A stretch of DNA of 64,000 bases from Amphiscolops sp. MND2022 (Eukaryota): positions 23,252,001-23,316,000 of the forward strand of contig OZ076409.1 in assembly GCA_964187785.1 (NCBI GenBank), written 5' to 3'. Below are positions 11,240 to 22,900 of this stretch, piece after piece. The position numbers and the translations under genes were made by a program. The notes beneath the pieces are model-generated. The model saw only the letters and a program-made list of their open reading frames with translations. It searched no databases and had not been told where the DNA came from. Every line of letters starts with the position of its first letter. Position 1 is the stretch's first letter.

Positions 11240-13300
11240 TGAGATCTCGATCTGGTTCGGTTGTCGACTTTGAACAGCGGTCAAGCGACGGAACGTAATC
11301 TCTCAACCAACGGTCTCAAATTCCATCTGAGTACGCTTGCGCTCGTGCGTAGCGTTTCCTGTGGTCTACGTCGGCTCTTTGGTGTGATGGCATTGTAGAA
11401 CCCGCTGTTTCCAACAGAAAGTAGTTTGGAGTCAAGGCGTCCAAATTCGTAGCGTTGGAGCTAACGGGTACCAGTGGACGGGAATTGAGACTCTGTTCTA
11501 CCAGACAGAAGGTAGTTGTTAGTATCTCGTCAGTTAGGCGACGGTTTCCAAGGACTGCGTAAAAGACGTGTTTGAAGCTTCTGACAATTCGTTTCCAGAC
11601 ACCTCCGTGGGGAGGAGCACTGGGAGGATTGAACTTCCAGTGGACCCGTTTTTTAACTGAAGCTTCGGACAGAATTTGTTGGTTCCACGCTGACACGTTT
11701 CGTAGCAACTCTTTTTCACTTGCGATAACCGGGTGGAGAGTTAGAGGTTTGCGGCAAGTGACACATTTGCAAACAAATGATCTGAGGGCGGTTCTAAGTT
11801 GTCGATGGCGAACTGTTGCTGCACCAACGCCCTCAAGTAGTCAACGCCCTGGTGGCAATGTGTTTCGTGGAGCTGTTCCAAGTACAAACGTACGACGCGA
11901 TGATGGCTGTCCAGTACAATTAGGTGTTTTGAATCAAAGCTGGAAACTGCTAGTTGTTTGGGCGCAGGAGGCCTTGAGGCCCAATGAAAGGGGAGAACTG
12001 AGAAAAGTTTTGGACGAGATGCAGCAGGGGGGTTGTTTCAGCAAGCCTTCATTTCGACGCTAAATGATTCTTGTTGGCTGGGATGGAATAGTCTCATTTG
12101 AGCATTTCGCATTTCATTTGGGTCAGTTATTAGGCAAGAGTCGAAGAAGGTACTCTCCGTTATTTGACAGAAGGCCCAAAATGTACGCAACATTGAGCAG
12201 GAGTTTCTGGTACGAGCTGCATTTCTGCTACTCGAAAGTTGTCGCGATGTCGATCACTGTTGCGCTTAGCGCTGACACAAATTCCGAAGTTTTTTGTTCC
12301 GTTTTGGAAGTCTCCGACTATTTTGTTTTCAGTTAGATCTCACTTTCTTTTGGAAGTTTGGACGGCCAGTCATGAGTTCGCAAGAATACAGGAGCTTTAA
12401 GCCAAGGACTGTCACAAAGTGATTTGGCTAAGAGAAAACGCGTTCCTGCATCAGCGGGGTTGTCACTTGATTTGACATAGTTCCATTCATCCACTGTTGT
12501 TAGTTCCAAAATTTCCTCAATACGGTTGGTGACAAACACCGGGTACTTCTCTAATGAATGGAGCCATTCAACTTCCGTCAACGTGAAAGTGTTGTCGATT
12601 CTCACCGTTAGAGCATTTTGAACTTCTTTTCGGGGTCGTGCAGCAACGAGAAATGTAGCTCGACCTTCGTGATTGTAAGGGTTTTCATGGGTGCCACTCT
12701 GGCTCTCCTGAAGACGAAAACTAACTCCGTGGTGTAACTATTCGCAGTGGCAATTTTGCCTCGAAAAAAGGCGACAGCGATGAAGACATCTTGAGAGATA
12801 TCACCGAACCTATGAAGCTCCAAGGATTCAACTTGCTCTTCAAAGTCGCTCCGTTCGATTCGAATTTCGCTCAAAGTTGGCAGCTCCTTGCTCCATTCTA
12901 TGAACTTGGTTACAATTTCGAGTGGCAGATCGTCATCCCACTTTGACCACTTAATCTCCAGATGTCTTCCAATGACAGTCTTGCTTGGACAGTGTACGGA
13001 GCAACAAGTCCAATTGGATCGTCAACAGCTGAAACTAAGCTCAGAAGTACTCGGTGAATAATTTGGTTCGTATCAGGGTTGTTCCCCGACTTACTACGAG
13101 GGTATCAGAGGTATGACTCTATTTAAGTCCCAAGACATGTGAGGACTCGTCCGGTTTCGGAATCACCTTTTCATCGGTCGGTGCTGGTTTACCGCTGTGT
13201 TGCAGTTCGGCTGGAAGGTGGTTGATGTTGGAGACAAACTTGGTTAAATTGAAGCCACTTTTTGGCAGCAGTATGACCAAGTCCTTTGCTTTTTTGTGAC
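11240..13300 (-). pseudogene. BEL/Pao retrotransposon pol remnant (RT C-terminus, RNase H, integrase)
   Basis: 'GFNLTKFVSN', 'LELHRFGDIS...ARVAPMKTLTITKVEL', 'FVTNRIEEI...WNYVKSSDNPADAGTR', 'WKFNPPSAPPHGGVWKRIVRSFK...VEQSLNSRPL...LTPNYFL'; many stops and frameshifts. Confidence 0.92.
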
Positions 13301-13591
13301 ATTCGGAGATCCATCCTTTTTTAAATCTCAATTGTTGTCATATGAAATCAGAATTTTTTTCTTCTCTATCAGATATCATGGATCTTCGTCATCAATCAAG
13401 TTTCCATGTGCAGCATCATGTTGGGGGGAGAAGACACACAGAGAAAGCTGAAATCAGAAAGCTACAATGGTACAAATGAAGAAACTGCAAAAATAACAAA
13501 AGTTGTTTACTAATATCGACAATCAAATTAAATTTTATTAAAGTTTCGAGATGGCAAATTTTTGAAAATAGTATTTTTGTTGAAATCGGTA

Positions 13592-14299
13592 TGTAACGTC
13601 CACCAGTCAATACCAAGTTTTCGTTGAAAAATTCGATCAAGAACCAAAAAAGGTGCGAATCAAAATGGCCGACCTGACAGGTCCTTAAAGCCCATAAAAT
13701 GAAAGAGAGAACGCGTGAACGAGAAGAATGACAGGAGAAGAAAAAGAAGTAGACGACTGACGACATGAAGATCCATGGGATAGAATTCAAAGAACGCTAC
13801 CCGGTGCTATGTCCTCCCTGGGAAAGCAGAGCCATTCCAGAACTACATGATTGGATCCCCGAGAACCTACAAACAGTAACTCTATTTCCACTCGGGGCCT
13901 ATCCCCCTTTATTTTGTTGACCTATGTTAATGTACTTTGCTGTTTTTCCCGTGCCTGACCTTCTAGGTCGGCATTTCATGCCCATAACTGTTGAAATGAC
14001 ATTTTTCGGATAAACACCTTTTTGGACCTCGGAAGTATGTGGGAGATAGCAGGAACACGCTAAAACCTTAGGATACGTTTTTACAGGCTTGTGGGGCGTG
14101 TCCGGACTTTGAGAGTGCCGGCGCGTCGCCTCGGAGCTCTAATTAGAGGAGTCTCCTTAGACGTTAGAAAAGTCCCCCATGGAGACCATTTTGGGATCAA
14201 AAACTAGTGTCTAGGTATGTAGTAAGACAACGGTCTCCTGTTTAAGCATCCTAGGCATTGTCCCTCTTCCTAGATGTGCGCCGCTAGCCGGACGTTACA
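13592..14299 (+). repeat. 5' LTR (708 bp)
   Basis: TGTAACGTCC...GGACGTTACA; no difference from 31665-32372 found on read-through. Confidence 0.97.
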
Positions 14300-14315
14300 T
14301 CTGGAATAGTTTTTA

Positions 14316-14332
14316 TGGCGACCACAGAGGGA
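14316..14332 (+). promoter_or_regulatory. Primer-binding site TGGCGACCACAGAGGGA, probably tRNA-Arg(UCG)-type
   Basis: Complement of a tRNA 3' end (..TCCCTCTGTGGTCG-CCA), resembling animal tRNA-Arg(UCG) ends as recalled; lies 16 nt downstream of the LTR. Confidence 0.7.
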
Positions 14333-16982
14333 TATTTTTCCTTGCCGCGTCCTGCGAGGAGCAACTCCTGCTTTCCGGCCCTGAAAGGTCCGGATCTAGG
14401 AGAAGCTTTTGGGAGAGTCCTAGATTGTTTTTATTGCCTTATTCTAGCCCTTTGGGCCTTGTATTAGTGTTTTTCCTGCGTTTCCTGCATGTTTCCGAGG
14501 TCCCTAGCCTGAAAAAGACAGTTTGAAACAGTGTACCCCCTTGTACCTTATCTGTACTCATTAAAAAAGCTATTCCGGCTTATCCGGAACGTGTTTTAAC
14601 GGGTTTTCCAGCTTCTTTTCAGCTAATTAGCAATGTACAGGGACAGCGAGGACGGTTTGTGAAGACCCGAACTAGCTGAGTGCAGGGCTGCAGGTGCTTC
14701 ACGTCATAGCCTCTTCCTCCCCACCTGGTGCCGATTCACCGAAAATAGCTGGGTTATTTCGTTCCCTTTACGTTTTCTAGCCCCAAATTAGTATTCCCAG
14801 GCCTGTTTTTGCATAAATTAACTGTGAATAATACCCACAGGGTATTTACATCAGTTATTCCAAGGACTTGAGCTCGAAAACGCCAAAAAAGACACTAAAA
14901 ACAGCTCAAATATCGAAATTTCCCGTTTTGAAAGCCAAAATTTTATAGAATTGTTCACGGCCCGTGGGAATACCTGAAAAACGTTCTGTCGGACCTACCA
15001 GGTTGAGAACAAAAAATTCTGTTGGGCTGTTTTTCAAAAAAGCATGAAAATTTCAGCAATTTTTGTTCAAAAATAGGCAAAATTGGCCATTTTGACCAAT
15101 TTTAACGAGGGCGAAGCCTTGGGCGTTTGCTCCCAAGCCTCTTGAAAGGCCCAAAAATTTTGTTGTTGTGCTTGGTAGTACGCAATACTACTACCAAGAC
15201 GGTTTTTGAACACCCCCAATATAAATTGAAGTTTTAACACCACTTTTCTTTCATTTAAATAGACCTGAGTAGAGGACCCCATAGACCTGAGAGCTATAAC
15301 ATCAAAAATAATAATTGAAAGAACCCCACTCCCCTAAATAAAGCAGTTACACCTTCCTACGGTACTGTTAAAACCATCTCTAACCTCTGGGAACCGAAGA
15401 ATAAGAAGTTCCTAGGGACAATACGTGTTTTTCATAGGTGTTCCCAGAGTGTCCAAGGTGTAACCTAAAACCAATTTTGAGAGACCCTAGCTGGAACCTG
15501 CCAGGTTTCGCTCGCTTATTTTCTATTAGTAGAGAGTACTAGATTACCAACGCTGAAAACCGCGAGTGATTCCAACCAGTGGTTGCCGAGAAATAGCCAA
15601 AAACGTATTATTTTTGTGACATTTTCGGAACACTAGAGTAGTGCTTCCAGCACAGGTCGAAATCTCTCCTAGCAGGAGTAGCCCAAAACGGATTGCACCA
15701 TCGTGTAGACCATAAAAAGTTACGTTAGTGGTGTAATTTTCATAGCGCTACCATTACTAGTGATTGAGAAATCTTAGCCGCAGTTTTGCTCAAAAATGAT
15801 CCGAAAATGTCGAAAAAATTGAATTTTAGTTGAGCATAGTGCTACACCTTGCAGGTATCCCAGCACTAAAATTCTTACGTTTTCGTATATACGGCGCTAG
15901 ATCCCGACGATTTGTGCATTTTGAGCAGCTTGCTACTGTCCAACTTGGAGAAATTGACAATTTTGTGAGTTTTAGCCCCTGAAAGTGACATACAGGGTAC
16001 ATCATAGTTTTGTCGACTCGGATTGCGAAATATTGACCTGGGCACCCTGCTAACTTATTTTTCTGTTACGTGGGCATAATTCACGCTCGCATACAAAATT
16101 TCAGATAGCTAGGACGCCTAGAAGGCGAGTTTGACCACTTTTTGCGAAATTCGCGACATAGCCAATTTCTCAGTGAACATTGTTAAGTGGCCGTGACACA
16201 CGCAGAATCTATTTTAACGCAATCGGAAGCTCATTCCCCACGATTCAGCTAGTGTACTAGGCGGTGTAAAATTTTCAGGTCGCTAGCACCACTAGAAGTG
16301 ATTTTCGCCTTCCCCGGAGGTGCTGCTTGATGAGAAAAACGAGATTTTGAGAAAAAATTAATAGAAAACCCGAGCATCCCCAATCATGATACACCCCATT
16401 CAGGGCTGGAGTCATCTGTTTAATGCATTGAGCAAGTCCCACACACCTTGCCGAACCTATAAGATCCATATAAAGTCAGCCCCAAAATCAACGATCTTCC
16501 ACTAAACCCTCTACGAGATCAAAAGACGGTAACTCCAAAAATCGAAATTCGTTTCTTCCCCGCCGTTAAGGTCGCCTAGGTGCAATCTACTCGCCACAAC
16601 CACCTCAACCCTACGCCTCGCATACCCTGAGGGTGCGAGGGTGCGCCTGAGAATATCAAAACAATCACAAACCAGGTTTGCGGAACGCGCAGAGAAACTA
16701 GGACAAGCACAGGGAAGATCACTCACATCATTATAACCCCTTCACCCACGACCCATAAAGCCATAAACCAGGTCATCACTCGATACTCAACCCACACGTT
16801 CCCAATCAAATCCCAGATCATTTCCAGTCCATTGTCCACCCATTGTCCCCGAATCAGCCCACCCATTGTTCTCAGCCTCCTCACAAAAAAAAAAAAAAAT
16901 TTTTTTTGTTACCTTTAATTTTGTCAACTATATAGTGGAAACTTCACACGCAGTGGAAGTTAAAATATTACATTTCGTGGCC

Positions 16983-19900
16983 ATGGAACGACGCGAGACT
17001 AACACCATCATTAGCGACTTCCATGCCACCAACCCTTTCGGAAGAAGAACGGAAACCACAACCGAACAAAACGAATGTAGATTAGATTCAGCCATAGCAG
17101 CCGTAATTTCAGAAGCTATGTCTGACTTCGTACCGAGCCAGGAACAAAACGCGGAGATAGCCGCTGCCAATACCCAGCCTAACTCCTCGCGAGCCTCCCC
17201 CGATAGCACCAATCTACCGGATAATACTGAGAACAACACGCAAAGAGACACATGGCCCCCGCTGGAAGTCACTGACTACAGCTTGGAAAACTGGCCAAAC
17301 TCCAACCAAGGGCCCATCAGTGAGCTCAGCATTGTTGATACCCCCAACGAACAAAATGACACTCCAATGACTCCACGGGCGGACCCAAAGATGGCAGAAG
17401 TCGAAAGGAACCCCCTGGGTTCCCAGGAGATGATCAATAGCGTAGGCGGAAATCCCTTCCGAAGCGGATATGCGCTATCGGAAGCACCGGCCAAAACGTC
17501 GAACGGGCCAGCGGAAAACTCGAAGACGAACATAACAGAGAATCCGTTAAGATATGTTTTTCGAACGCCACCCTCGGTAACATCAAAAATTAACTATGCG
17601 AATGCGAGTCGAACGTCTCACACACCAGACTCTCAAGCTAGCGCCGACACCAATCTCGACTCAACAATAACCAAAGCGAGAAAGGAAATGCAAACGGTTC
17701 GAGAAGACTTTCAGAGTAGTCTGGCACAGTTAGCTCAAGTCCAGACGAGGCTGGCGAGGGAAAACAACGAACATGAGATGCGCGCCGACATGATAATGAG
17801 GGACATGGACGAGCTACGAAAAGGTCTGTTGGAAATGCAAGCGGAAGGGCGACAAAATCAAGGTCGACTGGAAGCGTCAATGGCATCTCTCAATGATCTG
17901 ATTAAACAGAGAGAAACTACAGCGGACGCTCGCATGGCCGAGATGTCTGCAATAATGAGAGAAAGAGACCGCCAAGCAGATGAGCGCATGAAAGCAATGA
18001 CAAACACGATGCAGCGTCGCGACATAGACTCCAATGTCCGCATGGCGGACTTGATGATGGCAATGCAAGATTTAACATTGGGAGTGAAAGCAATCGTGTC
18101 GCAAACCCCCGCGCAGCAAGCACAAACGGCGCCGCGGATTCCCCAAAAATATCAACAGACCGAAATGCCATCTACAAGCGAAGCTCCCCAACCTCATTAT
18201 AGAACGGTGGCACAACACACAGCAGAGCCTCCTAGGCCTCCAAAACTAGTGCCACCCGCAACGTACAGGCGTGACCTGTCTAAAGCTAGCAAGGTGGCTA
18301 AGGTAACCCACACGGAATCACGAGACGCAGGTACGGACCCAATGACTGACCCGCCGTCGTTTGACCAGTACGCTCGCGGAACATCAACCTCCGGCGATTT
18401 TCATTCCGCCGCCGACGAAACGAACACCCGCAGGACCAGCTACTATACGGCCGATTCAAGCGCAGCATTCCGCCCACCTGCGCGGACGCAAACGTTCAGA
18501 GACTTCGTTCCGCGGCCAGTGGCCACCAGTACGCAGCGTAAAATGACAAACAAGCGGAATTTAGAACAAGGCAAAGGCGAACACAGCGACATTGAAGAAA
18601 TGCCCTCAATGGCAGAAGAGACTCCAGACACGCCGAGAACTACCCAACGACAAGCACTAGCGGAAGCAATATCTACGGCCATGTCTAAAGGCTTAGAGCC
18701 GTTGCTCGCCGCCAAGGAATCTAAAAACAAGCCCACGAAATATAGAGGAACCCGAGACGGAAACGCAGATGGATGGATGATGTTAATGAAACGCCATTTG
18801 GAAAAAGCACACCCTAAGGCGACCCCCCTCGATAAGGCGTGGACAATAATTGAGTATCTAGAGCATGAAGCCAGGGATTACATCACGAATAAATCCGAAG
18901 CAGAGAGGGACACTGACGAAAAAGTATTCGCGTTGCTGGCGCGTCGCTTTGGGACAGGTTCCAGCAAAATCCATATCCAACAGCAATTTAGAACCCGCAA
19001 CCAGAATAGCGAGGAGGACTACATGCAATACCTTGACGCCCTCGAAGGCCTGCGTAGTCAAGGTTACCCCAATGAAGAGGTGACAGTTCGTCGATACGAA
19101 ATCATGCAAAGATTCATTGAGGGAGTACGCAACTTCGAACTAAAAAGGAACCTCGCGCTAATGTATGCACCGGAACAATACGTGGAAACCCCACCAACAG
19201 TGGAAGCCCTCCGCTTCACAGTGCAACAATACTTACGCATGCGAGGCTCAACCCGTTCGGACAACTACCCAATGATGCCTCCTCCACAACAACAAGCCAA
19301 TATCCAACAACCAAATCAGTCTCCAGTAGCACCCGCGCCTGCCCAAAAAATGCAACAACAACAGCCTCCTCAACCAGCAGCATACCAACAACAACCCATG
19401 CCACCGGCAGCCTATCGTCCGCAACCCCAAAGAGCGTGCTTCAACTGCGGAGACCCATCGCATTTTGTGGTGGACTGCCCCCTGAAAGACCGTGCACGGA
19501 AGCCAGTACAACAGCAAGTGAACTCCTGTCACACGAACCCGACGGGTAGTTGGATGTGCCCCTCCCAGCCACGTGGCTTAAACTATGATGTATTCCCAGC
19601 ATCCCTACCAACCCAAGGCACAGTTGCCTTCTGCATTAATTGCGGCCGTACTGAGCACTCGGCGTCAGAATGCATGGCCTCGGAGCAGATGAGTCACGAA
19701 GAACAAATCCGTGCAGCTTGGTATGCTCCTTCACCAAGTCAATTCGATAACCTGAGCCAAGACGACCAAGTCCGGGTAATATCAGTAGCGGAAGATGGAG
19801 GTCCCTCCCGACCTGTAGTAGTCACTTGTGGCGAGAAACAAGTACTCACCACACTAGAGGCACCCGCCCCAGATTGTACAGAGACACTTATCTCGATACA

Positions 19901-22900
19901 CTTACTACTCTCGGCCGAACAAAAGACGCGGCCCACGCTGACGCTATCGCAACTAAAGGAGGAATTATGCAGAAACGTGAAGTATACCATCGCAGCGCGA
20001 CCGCTCCCACATTTCGCGAGAGAAGACGAAACGAAACTGGCCCCAATACAGAAAGTTAAAACCGTTTCTCCGGTGCCGGTAGCCATTAACGTAGACGGTG
20101 TAGACATGAAATTTGACGCTATTGTAGTCTTGGAAGGTCACTTCCCTCAGGGATTGTACTTGGGCCGCCAGGAGTTACGATGTTATAACATCGGAGTGCA
20201 AGATGCCCAGGGGGAGGCTCGTATTGACGAACGGGCATCCCTGGTGGTTGCCTTTGGCAACACTATCCAGGAACCAATACCCTTGTACGGGATGATAGAC
20301 ACCGGTTCCGGTGTCTCCATTCTCTCTCTCAAAGCCTATCAAAAAATTGCATCACCCCACGCCCTGAGCCTCCTACCATATGACATCCAACTGTATGCCG
20401 CCAATGGTAAAACCATCAACACCATTGGAATCGCCGAAAATGTTAGCTTCCAGTTGGGCGGATATACCCTCCGAACCAATTTCATAGTCATTGCCGATCA
20501 CCTAGGCGCGGAAGATTTCCTACTTGGCAGAAACTTCTTGCGCACTTACAACGTTCTCGTGGACTTGACGGCCATGAGGGTCACTATACGAGACCCCAAA
20601 GCGCCACGCCACTTCAAACCCGTCCATGAGGTAAGTGATCATGAGCCATCCCTAGTGATATCCACCGAAAAAGTAGTTCTAGGCCCTTATGAGCGTAAGC
20701 TAGTACGAGCCCAAATTATTTCTCAAAAGCACAACGAGTACCTTTTCCGAAACGTAATGATTCGCCCCCAGGGGGTATCTAAACGATCCCCCTTTGTTTC
20801 AGAAGATACATTGACGTCTGTTGGAGATGAAGGCATTGTCTTCATAGCCCTACGAAACACTACCCCCTCTGAAAACGTAACTATTCAAACCAAAACTGTC
20901 CTCGGTAAGGCAGAACTTACAAATTTTGTGTTGCAACCTGTGGCTGCCGACACGGCAACCGAAATTGATAAACCTTTGTTTGAACAAGTTAATAGAGTTT
21001 ATACCGAAGAGTGGTTAAACGAAACGAGTTCAGAATATAGTTCTTTTGCTCAAAACTTCTTGTCCTCTACTGAGATATCTGAAGAAGGATTGTCGGAAAG
21101 CGAGAAACGTGCTCAGACTGACCCACAATTACTAAAACCTATACCAGGTCCAGACCTTTCTTCCGTCCTTTCTTCATGGGGGGAGGGAGCGAGAGATCAA
21201 CTAGCAAGCGTTCTGAGCGAGTACGATGACCTTTTTATGAAACATAAAGCTGACATAGGGAGGTGCAAAATAGCGAAACATCGTATAGAACTAGAGCCGG
21301 AAGCTATCCCGCATAGAGAAGGCGCTCGGCGCATGTCCCCAGATAAGGCAGCAAAGGCTAATCAAGAGGTACGGAATCTACTGGCCCTTGGCCTAATTCA
21401 ACCCTCCTATTCACCGTGGGCAAGCGGAATAGTCATGGTTAAAAAGAAAACAGGCGAACTTCGCTTCTGCTGTGACTTCCGACCGCTCAACGACGTAACG
21501 GTCAAGGACGCGTTCCCATTGCCCAGGATTGATGAAAGTCTATCCCGGATAGGCAATGCGAAAATTTTCACAAGTATTGACCTAGCGTGGGCCTTCTGGC
21601 AGATACCGCTAAAGAAGCGCGATAGAAGGAAAACAGCATTTGCCTGCGAACTGGGATTGTTCGAATGGCGGCGCATGCCCTTTGGGCTATGCAATGCATC
21701 GGCCACATTTCAGCGCTCCATTACACGAGCCCTGCAAAGGATCCAGCAGCGACACGGGAGTGTCGTTATGGCTTACATTGACGACATAGTTATCGCCACG
21801 GAAACCATAGAAGACCACATCGTACGAATCAAGGAAGTATTCGAGTGTCTCCGAGAGGCTGGATTCAAGATGCGCGCCGAGAAGTGTGACTTCATGCGTA
21901 CGGAGACGAAGTACCTGGGGCGAGTAGTATCCTCGGAAGGCATCAGACCAGACCCCGAAGCAATAGTTAAAATCCAAGAATGGATGCCCCCGAGAAACAA
22001 AGAGGAGCTTCAGAGCTTCCTAGGGTTTGCAAACTATTACAGAGACTTTGTACCGTTTCATGCAGCCAAAGTGCAACCCCTGCAAGAGTTGCTCAAGAAA
22101 AGTCAGCATTTCCACTGGGAAATGAAACACCAAGAAGCCTTCGATGCAGTAAAGGAAGCACTAGCAAACGCGACCGCCTTGGCAGCCCCAAATGAAGACG
22201 GACGATTCGTGCTCGATACCGATGCTAGTGCGGTAGCGATAGCGGGAATCCTGCACCAGGAACAGGAACACAATGGGAAGACTATTTTACGGCCAATAGT
22301 CTTCGGGAGCAAATCTCTAACGAAGACACAGCTGAACTATGGAGCACCCAAGTTGGAAATGTACGCAGTATTTTACTTCATAGAGAAGTTCCACTCATAT
22401 CTCGCAGGCCGAGAGTTCACGCTCCGTGTGGACAATCAGGCCCTGTCATGGCTTAAAACGTACTCCATGGACCAAGCCATGATAGGTCGCTGGATAGCCC
22501 GTCTGGATCAATACAACTTCAAGACGATCCACCGACCTCGCACACAGCATCGAAACGTGGACGGCCTCAGCAAACGAACCAACGACTATGTGCACCGGGA
22601 GAAAATCCTCGAGAAGTTACCGGAAGTGAGTGAAGGATTCAACTTCATGACCAAAGAAGACTATGAAGCACTCCCCACCGTGCCATACTTTGACAAACAC
22701 GGACGCCCAATACCAAACCACCCAGAGCTCCCGCCGGAAGCTCGAGCCCAACTCCCACTGCTGTATATCTTGGGAAAAAGACCCAAAACGAGCTTGCAAG
22801 AGCCCCCGGTGAATGGTGCCCCATGGTATCCTCAAATACAGTGGGAGGCGACACCCACCACAGATGAGGATCACCGACCGACTCACATCCTCAGCATCAC

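Noticed and set aside
13766..13921. 51-codon ORF in the LTR (MKIHGIEF...)
   Set aside because: Short, no recognisable motif; identical LTRs give no conservation evidence.
16866..16982. TTG start for the 3262-aa ORF (and TTG at 26937 for ORF2)
   Set aside because: Alternative-start artefact; the first ATGs in good Kozak context are 16983 and 26985.
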